Of a stretch of 64,000 nt of DNA, positions 1-10,893 are shown piece after piece; the stretch's first letter is position 1, and each line of letters starts with the position of its first letter. The stretch is taken from contig CP060765.1 in assembly GCA_023205875.1 (NCBI GenBank), forward strand, positions 186,001 to 250,000, written 5' to 3'. Source of the DNA: Chloropicon primus (taxonomy: Eukaryota). The position numbers and the translations under genes were made by a program. The notes beneath the pieces were generated by a model, which worked only from the letters and a program-made list of their open reading frames with translations, had not been told where the DNA came from and ran no database searches.

Positions 1-466
1 TCTGGCGAGTTCGAGAGCGAGTGAAGCGGGAGGGATCCGAGCCCGGGACCCTTTCCCTCGCGGCGTTCGCCGTCAAGACTCACGCGCCCGAGCAGGCTTG
101 CTTCCGGTGTGGCGGAGGTCAGCACCTGGTGTTCCTCCGCTTCTGGCCAAAGGCAATGGGCACTGTTCACGCATCATTCTTTATTCTTTACCCCTAGGTT
201 TCGCAATGTTGTACACTTTGTTTCATGTAAAACTTACCGCTCACAAAACCGTCGAGCAAGCGCGAAGCCCCCCCCCCCCATCTCTCCTCTCTCTCTCTCT
301 CCCGCGGGAGTGAAAGTGAGCAAGCGAGGGCTCTTTGGAAAGAGGAAGAAACAATGAACAATGCATCCCTCCGTCCCTCCCAATCCCTCCCAATCTCCCA
401 ATCCTCCCTCCCTCCTGGTCTCCTCCTCCTCCTCTTCTCCTCCAGCAGCAGCAGCAGCTTCGCTTG

Positions 467-1876
467 ATGAGGAGGACAGGAGGAGACGACGTGGACGCGA
501 TGGACCGCGGCGCCAGCGAGGGGGAGAGAAGCGAAGGCAAGGGCGACGGTCCCTTGAACCGTGCCCTCAATCGTCTCAAGGACGACGCCGCCTTCGACGA
601 CGTTCTCTCCAACCCCAAAGCGTTCCGGTTCCAATGCAGCCTCAAGACCTGCAACGAGGACGAGCACAATCCTCGTGGGATGATGCGTTACGTGTATCGG
701 TCCGATGAGGAGTACTTCTATCCGGCGAGCACAATCAAGGTGTGCGTAGCCGTCGCGGCGCTTCACGTCCTCCGCCGCGTGGTTTTCTCTTCGCCAGGAG
801 GTCTCCTCGGCCAGAGCTTCGGCATCACGACGCCACTCATCTTCCATTACCGAAGGAGGATGGAGGAAGGGAACTCGAGGGAGAAAGACATGGTCTGCAC
901 GATAGGGACGGATTCGACGAACAAGTCACAATGTCGGATCACCCTGGGTCACTTGATTCGTAACGTCTTCCTCGTGTCGAGTAACGGCGCGTTTAACCTG
1001 CTGCTCGACTTTGTGGGAAGGAAGACTCTGCAAAAGTTTCTGTCAAGCAAGTTGGGCTTCCGCCACTTTAGGATCGAGCACTACCTACAGGACTCTGGCT
1101 TTGGTCCCCAGCCAGGTGTGGTGGACGGTCTGCTTGGGGTGGAGGCGACAATGGCGACTGGTCTCGTGGTTGGGCTGCGGTGCGGGGACGCCTTTTGCGA
1201 TGGGATCGACTGCAGAGGCAACGCTTCTTCGCAGTTGGAGGGGGTCGTGGCCCCTCTGTTCGAGGATTGCTTGGTAGGGACCAGGCATGTGAGCACGGCG
1301 GGGGATTGGGATCGCGCTGCGGGGGATCGGGACGACGGGGGGAGGATCGTTCACGACGGTCCCAAGGACTTTAGGGGGAAGAATCAAGCGAGCTTAACAG
1401 AACTGCAGGACTTTCTTTCGCTTGTGGTTCGGCCCGATTTGCACGGCGCAGGGTCAGCCTCGGGTGAGATGCTGTCCTTCCCGGACAGGCTTTGGCTGAT
1501 GGAAGCGATGGCGAAGGGGACGACGGATTCCTTCAACCCCGAGTACCTCGAAGGGGGCGACGGAGAATACTTTTACGAGTGGAACAAATTCTTCCTCCCC
1601 GGTGTGAAGAAGGCGAGGGACTCGAGGGCGTTCAGAATCTACAACAAACTCGGGCAGGCATACGGCTTCAGCCTCGACAACGCTTACGTGTTCGACGTGG
1701 AGACAGGGAAATCCTTCTTCCTCGCAGCGTGCATTTACACGAATGCGAACGGAGTGCTCAACGACGGCGAGGGAAACTACGAGTACGAGCAGATCGCCCA
1801 CCCTTTCCTGGCCAGCCTAGCCGAAGCTTGCTGCCTGGAGCTCGGATTTGTAAACCACGATTCGTCTACGCACTAG
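467..1876 (+). CDS. Serine hydrolase, class A beta-lactamase/PBP-like fold (bacterial-type)
   Basis: Intronless ORF; first in-frame ATG at 467. Motifs FYPASTIK (SxxK), VSSN (SxN) and IYNKLG (KTG-like) occur in the canonical order. Confidence 0.75.
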   Translation: MRRTGGDDVDAMDRGASEGERSEGKGDGPLNRALNRLKDDAAFDDVLSNPKAFRFQCSLKTCNEDEHNPRGMMRYVYRSDEEYFYPASTIKVCVAVAALHVLRRVVFSSPGGLLGQSFGITTPLIFHYRRRMEEGNSREKDMVCTIGTDSTNKSQCRITLGHLIRNVFLVSSNGAFNLLLDFVGRKTLQKFLSSKLGFRHFRIEHYLQDSGFGPQPGVVDGLLGVEATMATGLVVGLRCGDAFCDGIDCRGNASSQLEGVVAPLFEDCLVGTRHVSTAGDWDRAAGDRDDGGRIVHDGPKDFRGKNQASLTELQDFLSLVVRPDLHGAGSASGEMLSFPDRLWLMEAMAKGTTDSFNPEYLEGGDGEYFYEWNKFFLPGVKKARDSRAFRIYNKLGQAYGFSLDNAYVFDVETGKSFFLAACIYTNANGVLNDGEGNYEYEQIAHPFLASLAEACCLELGFVNHDSSTH

Positions 1877-2166
1877 ATCTCTCGTGGCATTGCATCACGT
1901 CCCATTCCATCACGCCCTCCATCGTCCATCCTCCTATCCATCCATCACCGCCTTTCTCCTCCTCCATCGTAAATCAAGTGAGGGCTGATTGGAAAGAGCA
2001 AGACAAGCAAGAGGAAGAGACCCTGGCGTAGCACACAGTCCCACACCCCCCGTCTTGCCCCCCTTTCCTCCATCACCCATCACCCATCCGTCCATCATCA
2101 CGCCCTCCATCCATCCCAAGCTCCTGGCTTCCCTCAGCAGCAGCTCTTCATGTTTTCAAAATCGAG

Positions 2167-2217
<51 letters not shown>

Positions 2218-2230
2218 CTACGCGTGAACC

Positions 2231-2936
2231 ATGTCGAGCAGTGGAGAGCCTAAGAGTGAGCAGGAGGTCGTGCAGAGGTTCGGCGCCATGAGGCAAGAGG
2301 TCCAACAACTTTACCAGAAGTTGAGCGAACTCGACGCCGAGTTGCAGGAACACGAACTCGTCATCAAAGCTATCAGTGGAATGGAAGAGAAGAGAAAATG
2401 TTTCAGACTCGTGGGCGGTGTATTAGTGGAGAGGTGAGTTTCCAGTCGGAACCCAGAAGAAGAAAAACGACGCCAACGCAAATCGAAACCGCCATCAACA
2501 GTTTCGATCAAACAAACAAACGAACAAACAAACAAACAATGAATCCAGGAAAGAGAGAGAGAGAGGGATCGGGAGGGCCAAGATCTGTCTTGTCCACCGA
2601 AAGTTTGTGCCTGCGGTTTGGATGCCGAGAGCGTTTGTCTGACTTGAGTGCTTCCTTTTCTCTTCTTTCGTCGTCATCATCGCCATCGTCGTCGTCGTCG
2701 TCGTCGTCACCTGGTGAAGGACGGTCGGGGAGGTTTTGCCTGCCGTGGCAACGAACAAGCAAGGGATCACTGGAATCAAGGAACAGCTTCAGAAGCAGTT
2801 TGACGCAAGGAAGGAGGAGCTAAAAGCTTTCCAGGACAAGTATAAGATCACTGTGAAGGGTGAGGAGGCTGGCCAGCCAAAGGAGCCGGAAGGAGGGAAG
2901 GCCAACAGCGGAGCGACCCAAGGGATCTTGGCTTGA
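2231..2936 (+). CDS. PFDN2: Prefoldin subunit 2 (exons 2231-2433, 2720-2936)
   Basis: EHELVI..RKCFRLVGGVLVER|TVGEVLP signature is rejoined in frame by a GTGAGT..AAG intron at 2434-2719. Confidence 0.92.
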
Positions 2937-3085
2937 GTCTCGAGGGAAAGCGTCTGAGGGGGCGAAGAGAGAAGGACGCCCTTGCTTTCTTTGAGCTTGG
3001 CTGTAAATTTAATAAAAGGATTTTATTTTTATCACAAATCAAAACGGACCTTGGTTGGTTAGTGACGGCGGCGTGATGCCCCAAT

Positions 3086-6058
3086 TCAGCTTTTCAGAAG
3101 CTTGTGCATCCACTGGAGCTCCTCCCCCCCCTTGGTTCCGATGGTGTAGGTGATGTCGTCCGCTGGGATGTTCAAAGCGATTTTTCTGTGCCTGTGCTTG
3201 ACAGCAGGCTCTGCGATGATGAGCTTCATCCGGCTCAACTGAGTCACGCTGTTGCCTATCTCTGCTATTTGAGGGTCCTTGAGGGCGTCCTTGTTCGGAA
3301 GGACCGAAAGGGTTCGCCTGGCCCTCGTGACGAGGCTCTCCATGAGCGTCTCGACAGTGCCAGTCTTCCTGAGCTCCAAGGTCAGGAAGCCCAAGACAAT
3401 TTTGTCCAGCTCGGGCAAAGCTTCCAAAAGCTTCATGTGGCTCGCCCCAAACATCTCCTTGATGGCTCCATCGATGTGCTTGATCGTGACCTTGACCTCA
3501 TCCATCGCATTTTCAGACTCCGCCGTCGTCGTGGTTTTGCTCTGGCATTGCTCACAAGCGATTTCTGCTCCTCTTCTACAAAGCTCCAGCGCCCTTCTGA
3601 CGTCGCCCGACACGGCGGCAACCTTCCTCGCAACGTACTCGACGGCCTGCTTGTCAAAAAGACTCCCGCCCGAGTATCCCTGGAGGTCCTCCAATCGAGA
3701 TCTGATGATGCACTGAATCTGCTGCTGGGAGTAGGGCTGGAACGCGACTCTCTGCAGACCGAGCCTGCTCAACACCCTTGGCAAGAATCTTTCTGGTAGG
3801 TCGATGGTGTTAGCTATCCCAATGACGCTGAGGCAGCTGTCCCTGTGCATGGGCCACTCGAAAATGTTGTAAAGCACGCTTTGGGACCTCGTCACCAGCT
3901 GGTCCATCTCGTCCACCAACAAGATCGTGATAGGCTTTTGTGACTGACTCTTTGACCCCTGGCCCTTTTGGCCGCCCCTAGCTTCCTGGGAGGTGGTGGC
4001 GTCCCTGGAATCTTCGTCAAAGTACATTGCATTCAGTTCCTCCGCCGCCCTGCCTGGGGTCGTCTGCCAGCCCGTGAGCTGCTCCAGCAGGAACGAGTAC
4101 GCGTGCTGTGGCGTGGGAAGGCGCAGCGCATTCAGCTCCACGAATTGGAATGGCGGCACTTCCTGCTTTTCTGCCTTCTTCTTGAATCGCTTCATGACCT
4201 CCAGCACAGTCGCCGTCTTCCCAGTCCCGGGGACCCCGCTGATGTACAGGCACCTTCCTTGCTGTTGCGACATTTTCTTGTTCCCGCCGGAAAGGCAGCC
4301 GTGCACGAATTCCTCGATTTGCTGCATCTCGTCCTCTCTGCAAGGGATGTGCTTTGGCGTTGCACTCAGGGTGAGGGCGGCCCTCGCCCTCTCCAGAGGA
4401 CGCCTGCCTTTCGCGACCTTTCTCAAGATCGAGGGCACCTCCTCGGCACCGAGGGTCGCTATGCCCTTCCCAATCTTACTGTGGGAGGACAGAAGCATGC
4501 CGCCCTGCTCCATCTTTGCCCTGCCCCTGCTGGCCTCGGATTTCCATTTTGGCTGCCCCTTCTTCTTCAGGCGCAAGCCCACCAAGTAATCCTCGTCCCC
4601 TTCATCCTGGCCGCCATCAAAAAAGTTGTCCACCTCAAAGTCAGAGTCTTCCAAATCAGACAGGTTGTACTCCTCCGAATCGTCCTTGGCCGTGGTATGC
4701 CTCTCCTGCTTGTACCACCTCTGGAACCGCTTCCAGGCCGGGTCATAGTTGTACTCGCAGTAGAACACGTCGTCCCCCTCCGCGTCGGCGTTGGAGTACG
4801 CGCTTGGCGTGCAGACTTTGACACCCGTTTTCACCACGCACCGTGCCTCGTTCTCATCAAAGTGGTTGGTTCGGAACACCTCCCTCGCCCCGTGATGCTG
4901 CTGGCGCCCCGTGTGGGTATCCTCGGGGAGGTAGAACCACCTCAACGACATCATCATGACCTCCCCGCCCCCCTGCCCCGCTTTCCCCCTGCCCCTGTCG
5001 TCCGCGCCCTGTTTCTTCTCGTAGTACAGACCCTCGATCTTCACGAGGCCCAAGTGCTTGGCGAAAAAGTACTCCCTCGCAGTGCGAAGCTTGGAGTCCC
5101 CGCCCTCCATCATTGCCCCGCCCTCGCTGCACTGGGGGCACAGCCACTCGCCGGGCGGGATCTCCTTCAGAGGCGGGTCCAGGCACTCCATATGGTATCC
5201 CTTGAGGCACCCGTCGCACTCCAGCGTGACCTTGTCCGTGTGCGCTGAGCCGAGTCCGCAGATCTCGCAAGGATAGTCATCTTCTTCCCTCAGGTCAATC
5301 TCGGCCGTTCCCAGGTCAACGTACACGTGGTCTCCGACCTTCACGGTCATTCCGTTGACCTCCGCTTGCGCCACGTGGCAGCGGCCACCTCGACCCATTC
5401 CCGTTGGCACAGCGCTGCTCTTCGCGCTCAGTGCCTCTGGCTCCGGCTGCTTCCTCGGCCTCCCCCTTCCCCTCTTCGCGGTCGGTGCCTCTGGCTCCGG
5501 CTGCTTCCTCGGCCTCCCCCTCCCCCTCTTCGCGGTCGGTGCCTCTGGCTCCAGCTGCTTCCTCGGCCTCCCCCTTCCCCTCTTCGCGGTCGGTGCCTCT
5601 GGCTCCGGCTGCTTCCTCGGCCTCCCCCTTCCCCTCTTCGCTGTCGTCGTCGTCGCTGGTTCTGGCTCCGGCTGCTTCCTCGGCCTCCCCCTTCCCCTCT
5701 TCGCTGTCGTCGTCGTCGCTGGTTCTGGCTCCGGCTGCTTCCTCGGCCTCCCCCTCCCCCTCTTCGCTGTCGTCGTCGTCGCTGGTTCTGGCTCCGGCTG
5801 CTTCCTCGGCCTCCCCCTACCTCTCCTCGGGGGGGAGGGTTCCGGGACTGGAGTCTCAGCTTCCACCGCGCGTGAGGACGCTGCCCTGGAGCCCCTCCCC
5901 TTCCGGTCCACTTTCGCCTTCGCCTCGAGCATCATTATGGCTTCCGCCACGCTGAGCTTGGCCCCCTTGCTTCCCTTCCGCTGCCGATCCCTCGACGAGG
6001 ACGAGGACGACACCTTCAACCTCTTGCTCTCCTTGTAGACCCTCGTGATGCCACCCAT
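3086..6058 (-). CDS. ORC1: Origin recognition complex subunit 1 (AT-hooks, PHD, BAH, AAA+)
   Basis: PHD finger (CEIC..CDGC..YHMEC..WLCPQC), BAH (WFYLPEDT), Walker A GVPGTGKT, Walker B LLVDEMD, GIANTIDLPE and SGDVRRAL. First ATG at 6058. Confidence 0.93.
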   Translation of the reverse strand: MGGITRVYKESKRLKVSSSSSSRDRQRKGSKGAKLSVAEAIMMLEAKAKVDRKGRGSRAASSRAVEAETPVPEPSPPRRGRGRPRKQPEPEPATTTTAKRGRGRPRKQPEPEPATTTTAKRGRGRPRKQPEPEPATTTTAKRGRGRPRKQPEPEAPTAKRGRGRPRKQLEPEAPTAKRGRGRPRKQPEPEAPTAKRGRGRPRKQPEPEALSAKSSAVPTGMGRGGRCHVAQAEVNGMTVKVGDHVYVDLGTAEIDLREEDDYPCEICGLGSAHTDKVTLECDGCLKGYHMECLDPPLKEIPPGEWLCPQCSEGGAMMEGGDSKLRTAREYFFAKHLGLVKIEGLYYEKKQGADDRGRGKAGQGGGEVMMMSLRWFYLPEDTHTGRQQHHGAREVFRTNHFDENEARCVVKTGVKVCTPSAYSNADAEGDDVFYCEYNYDPAWKRFQRWYKQERHTTAKDDSEEYNLSDLEDSDFEVDNFFDGGQDEGDEDYLVGLRLKKKGQPKWKSEASRGRAKMEQGGMLLSSHSKIGKGIATLGAEEVPSILRKVAKGRRPLERARAALTLSATPKHIPCREDEMQQIEEFVHGCLSGGNKKMSQQQGRCLYISGVPGTGKTATVLEVMKRFKKKAEKQEVPPFQFVELNALRLPTPQHAYSFLLEQLTGWQTTPGRAAEELNAMYFDEDSRDATTSQEARGGQKGQGSKSQSQKPITILLVDEMDQLVTRSQSVLYNIFEWPMHRDSCLSVIGIANTIDLPERFLPRVLSRLGLQRVAFQPYSQQQIQCIIRSRLEDLQGYSGGSLFDKQAVEYVARKVAAVSGDVRRALELCRRGAEIACEQCQSKTTTTAESENAMDEVKVTIKHIDGAIKEMFGASHMKLLEALPELDKIVLGFLTLELRKTGTVETLMESLVTRARRTLSVLPNKDALKDPQIAEIGNSVTQLSRMKLIIAEPAVKHRHRKIALNIPADDITYTIGTKGGEELQWMHKLLKS
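5435..5826 (-). repeat. Coding tandem repeat (63- and 54-bp units) encoding 7 AT-hook motifs RGRGRPRK in ORC1
   Basis: Near-identical DNA units are visible directly; translation gives 7 x RGRGRPRKQ(P/L)EPE. Confidence 0.9.
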
Positions 6059-6084
6059 GTTGTTGCTGGCGTGGAATGAACTTG

Positions 6085-6285
6085 GCAAGTGAGGTACCGA
6101 TCGAAAGCTCGCGAGAAGGCCTTGCGGTTGGTTCACACCTCGCTCCCTTCCCCTCCCGTCCTCGCACCGCTCTTCCGCCCTTTGTGTTCGATCGCGATCG
6201 CGTCGATCGATCGCGTTGTGTTTGTTCCCCCCGATCGATCGATCGATTTCGTGGTTTTTTTTTTTTTTTTTTTTTTTGGCGGGAA
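6085..6285 (-). repeat. Dispersed upstream cassette, copy 1 (5' of ORC1)
   Basis: 6085-6147 is the exact reverse complement of 25700-25762, and similarity extends further upstream. Confidence 0.9.
6275..6285. promoter_or_regulatory. E2F-type site TTTGGCGGGAA upstream of ORC1
   Basis: Matches the TTTSSCGS consensus; ORC1 genes are established E2F targets in plants and animals. Confidence 0.6.
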
Positions 6286-6467
6286 CTCAAATGTGTGAGT
6301 ATAGTGTTATAGTTGCGATTAGTCTGAGATGACGGCGGGGAGTGACGAGGCACTACATAACTGAGAGTCAAGGAGCGACGAGGAGAGCGAAAGAGAGCGA
6401 CGTGTTGAGGTGAGTGTTGAAAAAAACGAGTGTTGGAGACGAAGACGAAAGAAAGCGTCTTCGTTTT

Positions 6468-6485
6468 CTCTTTCGAAAGAGCCCT
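6468..6485 (+). promoter_or_regulatory. Palindromic upstream motif CTCTTTCGAAAGAG-CCCT
   Basis: 14-bp palindrome; the identical 18-mer occurs inverted at 54551-54568, with variants upstream of other genes. Confidence 0.5.
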
Positions 6486-6657
6486 CACTCAAAAAGTTTT
6501 GTTTCCTGTGGAGGAAATGGCTTGAAGGACAAGAACAAAACTGACAACGGAATGACGTTTTGTTTTTTCTTGTGACTTGTGGATGGATGGGTTTGGTTGC
6601 AGAAGAGAGAGAGAGAGAGAGAGAGGGAGAGCGAGAGAGGGGTTGAAGAAGGAGAAG

Positions 6658-8190
6658 ATGAGTCACCGCCGCGATGTTGTCGTGCTTGCGAGTGTCGTGT
6701 TGTGTGGTCTCTTGTGCGGACACGTGAGCGCGACGAGCAACAGGGTGACGTTGAAGCACAAGCCACTTGATGTGGAGAGAATCAGGAGAGGGAAGGTGTT
6801 GAGAGCTGGGCAGCTTGCGAGGAATCACTTCGAGGAGGTGGGATCCCACTTGGGGGACCACAAGGAGGTGATCACCAACTACATGGATGCTCAGTACTAC
6901 GGTGAGATCGCTTTGGGAACGCCGGGACAGAACTTCGAGGTTGTGTTCGACACGGGAAGTTCCAACTTGTGGATCCCTTCGAAGAGTTGCAAGTGGTACA
7001 ACGTGGCTTGCAAGCTTCACAACCAGTACGACAGCACGAAGAGTACGACGTACGTGAAGAACGGAACGGAGTTCGCCATCCAGTACGGGAGCGGGTCGCT
7101 TTCTGGATTTTTGAGCTCGGATACGTGCAGCGTGGCTGACCTTGACATCCAGGGCCAGACGTTTGCTGAGGCCACGAACGAGCCTGGGATCGCGTTTGTG
7201 ATGGGCCGCTTCGATGGAATCTTGGGATTGGCGTTCGAGAGGATTGCTGTGGATGGCGTGGTTCCGGTGTTCTACAACATGATATCTCAGTTCAACATCC
7301 AGCCGTTGTTCTCGGTGTGGTTCAGCCGTACCGCTAACGCCAGCCCAGGCGGAGAGATTGTCTTCGGCGACGTGGATCCAGCTCACTTTGACGGGGACCA
7401 TACCTACGTGCCTGTCACCAGGGAGGCTTACTGGCAGTTCAACGTGGACGCCGCTAGCATTGGAAACGGGGACTTCAACTTCTGCGAGGGAGGGTGCCCA
7501 GCCATCGCCGACACCGGAACTTCCCTCATCGCTGGACCAAGCAAGGAGGTCGCCAAGATCAACAAGATGCTCGGAGCCACCGACGCCTTGGCCGACGAGT
7601 GCAAGCAGTACCTCAGCTCTTACCTCCCCGACCTCCTTAAGAAGGTCGAGAACGCCAGCCCCTTGGAGGTCTGCCAGGACATGCACCTCTGCGACAAGGT
7701 CACTGGCCTGTACAAGATGAAGCAGACCTCTTCCGCCAGGAGATCCCTCTCCTCCGTCCTCGGGGGCAGGAGCGTTGTTGACGAGGAGGAGGCCTCCGAC
7801 GTCTGCCAGTTGTGCCAGATGGCGGCCACCTTTGTCGAGAACTCTCTCCAGAACAACGCGACCGCCGAGTGGGTGGAGAACTTTGTGGAGCACGAGGTCT
7901 GCGACAACCTGCTTCCAGCCTCTGGAGAGGGCGTCGTCGACTGCGACAAGTTGGGAAGCATGCCAAACATCGACTTCTCCATCGGGGGAAGGAACTTCAC
8001 CCTCACCCCAGACCAGTACATCCTCAAGGTCACCACCGCCGGACAGTCCGAGTGCATCAGCGGCTTCATGGGAATTGACCTTCCACCTTCCGCCGGCCCT
8101 CTTTGGATCCTTGGCGACGTTTTCCTTGGTGCCTACCACACCGTGTTCGACTTCCAGAACAAGCGCGTTGGGTTCGCCACCGCCAAGTGA
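6658..8190 (+). CDS. Phytepsin/cathepsin D-like aspartic protease with saposin-like plant-specific insert
   Basis: Signal peptide, FDTGSSNLW and IADTGTS catalytic motifs, Cys-rich insert, WILGDVFL..RVGFA. Confidence 0.95.
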   Translation: MSHRRDVVVLASVVLCGLLCGHVSATSNRVTLKHKPLDVERIRRGKVLRAGQLARNHFEEVGSHLGDHKEVITNYMDAQYYGEIALGTPGQNFEVVFDTGSSNLWIPSKSCKWYNVACKLHNQYDSTKSTTYVKNGTEFAIQYGSGSLSGFLSSDTCSVADLDIQGQTFAEATNEPGIAFVMGRFDGILGLAFERIAVDGVVPVFYNMISQFNIQPLFSVWFSRTANASPGGEIVFGDVDPAHFDGDHTYVPVTREAYWQFNVDAASIGNGDFNFCEGGCPAIADTGTSLIAGPSKEVAKINKMLGATDALADECKQYLSSYLPDLLKKVENASPLEVCQDMHLCDKVTGLYKMKQTSSARRSLSSVLGGRSVVDEEEASDVCQLCQMAATFVENSLQNNATAEWVENFVEHEVCDNLLPASGEGVVDCDKLGSMPNIDFSIGGRNFTLTPDQYILKVTTAGQSECISGFMGIDLPPSAGPLWILGDVFLGAYHTVFDFQNKRVGFATAK

Positions 8191-8379
8191 ATGGGGAGAT
8201 GAAACATGGGAAGCTGGCTTGCTCGCGCGCGCTTCTTTTTGGTATTACACATTGTCGTGGGCTTATTTTAAACGAGTGACCGACGAGCGTTTACCAATCT
8301 TCTTGTAGTAAAAGTGAATACGTAAATCAACGTACACAAAACGGAGAGCAGAGGAGCTTCCGGGGGCCTCCTCAGAAGG

Positions 8380-8960
8380 TCACGCGCGAACCAGAGATTT
8401 GCCCAAAATATCGTCCACGAGAGTCTTGTTCCTCTGCCACAAGTCGTCCAACAGTCTATGACAACCGAGGGGCGCTCTCATCACGTCACAGGCAGGCACC
8501 TGGCCCTTGTCCTCGCCCTTGACCTTCTTCTTCTGCTCCGTCGTCGTGGCCTTGTTCCTCGAGTAGTCAAAAATCGTGTACCCACGAATCGCTTCAGCTC
8601 TCACCATTTGTTCCCAACCAAGTTCTGTCCTCGTTGCCCCCAAACAATCGATTGTTCGATCAACCAGCCAACCAACCGATCTCTCCCTCCTCTCTCAAGC
8701 AACAACTGCACCTTTTCACCACCCTTGAGCGTCTCGAAAGGCAGCAGCTTTCCTCTGATGGTCCCCGTGCACGACAATCCTGGGAGTTCCAATCCAAAAA
8801 GGTGAAACCTTTGTTCCGTTCGACGTACTCTGGTGTGAAATATACCCTCCAAACCCCCTTGGTCGACAACTCTCTCGTACTAGTGGCATCGCATCCATCA
8901 AGGCCTCCAAGGCCTGCTGGTTTTTGTCTCCCCTCAACCTCCGCGTCCTTCACCGAACGT
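8380..8960 (-). CDS. Possible small hypothetical protein (2+ exons, start not resolved)
   Basis: Two open frames join in frame (..RVVKR|NKATTT..) through a possible intron at 8558-8711. The splice sites are weak and no ATG was found. Confidence 0.3.
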
Positions 8961-9594
8961 CTTTCGATGAAGGAAGAGGAGACGAGATGAAACGAACATC
9001 GAAACGAGGGCGGACGAGGTGAGTGAGGAGGCGAGGTTTCGAGGGGCGTGTGCGACGAGACAGAGAGAGATGAGTGGAAGAGGCGGGTGACAAGAGGAAG
9101 AGTCACGCCTTGATCTTTCGAAAGACGCCTCGCTCGAGGAGAATGGCGTGATGTGAAGGAATTGGGGACTAAAAACGTTTGGCTTTCTTTTTGATTTGGG
9201 GCTTCAAGTAGAGGTGAGTTTGGCGAGGCTCTGGCGTGAACCTTCGCGGGATAGGAGGGGTTTGCAGGTTGCAGACAGAATCTTCGTGTCTTGATCTTTC
9301 GACAGAGCCCTTGCTCGAGAGAGTCTTCGGCGTATTGAGGAAGTTAGAACTGAAGCAAGTTTGTTGTTGCCTTTCCTCTGCCCCCTGACGAGCAGAAGGT
9401 TTGCCTGAGGGGACTGGGGCGAGAGCGAGGGGCGAGGGACGGAAGGAAAGGGTCTAGGCAGGAGGTCGAGAGTCTTCGGCGGGAGCTGCTTGGTACTTGG
9501 TGCGATCCCCTGTGTTGGATTGGTCCCTCTACTCTCTCTATATTTATTCTTCTGTGTGGTTTGGGTTGGGGCTCTCCTCGAGTGATCGGTCAGG

Positions 9595-10893
9595 ATGTAC
9601 ACGAACTTTAAGGACAAGGCGATCGAATTCGTCAAGGAGGCGGTGACGGAGGACACGGCGGGGAACTACGAGAAGGCTCTGTCGCTGTACATCAACGCCC
9701 TGGAGTACTTCAAGACTCACTTGAAGTACGAGAAGAACCCGCGGGCGAAAGAAGCGATTACGGCCAAGTTCGAGGAGTACTTGAAGCGTGCCGAGGAGGT
9801 TCGAAAGATGCTGGACAACCAGCAGAGCAACGGAGGGAACCAGGCCATGGGGATGCAGAAGCGGGACGGAAAGGAGAACGGGGGGAAGGACGACTCGGAC
9901 GCGGAGAAGCAGAGGCTGCGCGCCAGCCTGGGGTCCGCCATCGTCATGGACAAGCCCAACATCTCCTGGGACGACGTCGCTGGTCTTGAGCAGGCCAAGG
10001 AGGCCCTCAAGGAGGCCGTCGTTCTGCCCGTGAAGTTTCCTCAGTTCTTCACCGGGAAGAGGAAGCCCTGGAGCGGATTCCTTCTGTATGGCCCGCCGGG
10101 CACGGGCAAGTCCTACCTCGCCAAGGCGGTGGCCACCGAGGCGGACTCCACCTTCTTCTCGGTCTCCTCCAGTGACCTCGTGTCCAAGTGGCTCGGAGAG
10201 AGCGAGAAGCTCGTGGCGAACTTGTTCAACATGGCGAGGGAGAATGCCCCCAGCATCATTTTCATCGATGAGATCGACTCCCTGTGTTCCGCGAGGGGCG
10301 ACAACGAGTCGGAGGCCGCCAGGAGGATCAAGACGGAGTTCCTCGTCCAGATGCAAGGCGTGGGGCACAACTCGGACAGGGTTCTGATCCTTGGTGCGAC
10401 CAACCTGCCCTACAGCCTGGACCAAGCCGTGCGAAGGCGTTTCGACAAGAGGATTTACATCCCTCTGCCGGAGGAGCACGCCAGGGCCACCATGTTCAAA
10501 ATTCATTTGGGCGAGACGCCCAACGACCTGACGGACGCCGACTTCGCGGAGCTCGCGAGGAAGACCGAGGGCCTCAGCGGGAGCGACGTCGCGGTTGTCG
10601 TGAAAGACGTTCTCTTCCAGCCCGTGAGAAGGACTCAGGACGCTACGCATTTCAAGCCAACCGAGAAGCCCGATGGCTCGGCGGGGTGGATCGCCTGCGC
10701 GCCCAGCGACCCCAAGGCGGTGGAGCACACCCTGACGCAGTTCGCCGAGGAGGGGCTGGCGGAGCAGGTCGTCATCCCTCCCATCTGCAAGTCGGACTTT
10801 GACGTCGTCCTGCTCCGTGCCAGGCCGACGGTGAGCTCGGATGACCTCAAGGTTTTCGAGAACTTCACGGAGGAGTTCGGGGAGGAGGGCTAA
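9595..10893 (+). CDS. VPS4: Vacuolar protein sorting 4 / SKD1 AAA ATPase
   Basis: N-terminal MIT domain, GPPGTGKS, IFIDEID, RRIKTEFLVQMQG and C-terminal FTEEFGEEG. Confidence 0.97.
   Translation: MYTNFKDKAIEFVKEAVTEDTAGNYEKALSLYINALEYFKTHLKYEKNPRAKEAITAKFEEYLKRAEEVRKMLDNQQSNGGNQAMGMQKRDGKENGGKDDSDAEKQRLRASLGSAIVMDKPNISWDDVAGLEQAKEALKEAVVLPVKFPQFFTGKRKPWSGFLLYGPPGTGKSYLAKAVATEADSTFFSVSSSDLVSKWLGESEKLVANLFNMARENAPSIIFIDEIDSLCSARGDNESEAARRIKTEFLVQMQGVGHNSDRVLILGATNLPYSLDQAVRRRFDKRIYIPLPEEHARATMFKIHLGETPNDLTDADFAELARKTEGLSGSDVAVVVKDVLFQPVRRTQDATHFKPTEKPDGSAGWIACAPSDPKAVEHTLTQFAEEGLAEQVVIPPICKSDFDVVLLRARPTVSSDDLKVFENFTEEFGEEG

Noticed and set aside
6059..6136. N-terminal ORC1 extension MNQPQGLLASFRSVPH from the ORF track
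   Set aside because: It starts at a GTG inside the dispersed non-coding cassette, and the same peptide appears at 25.7 kb, so it is not ORC1-specific.
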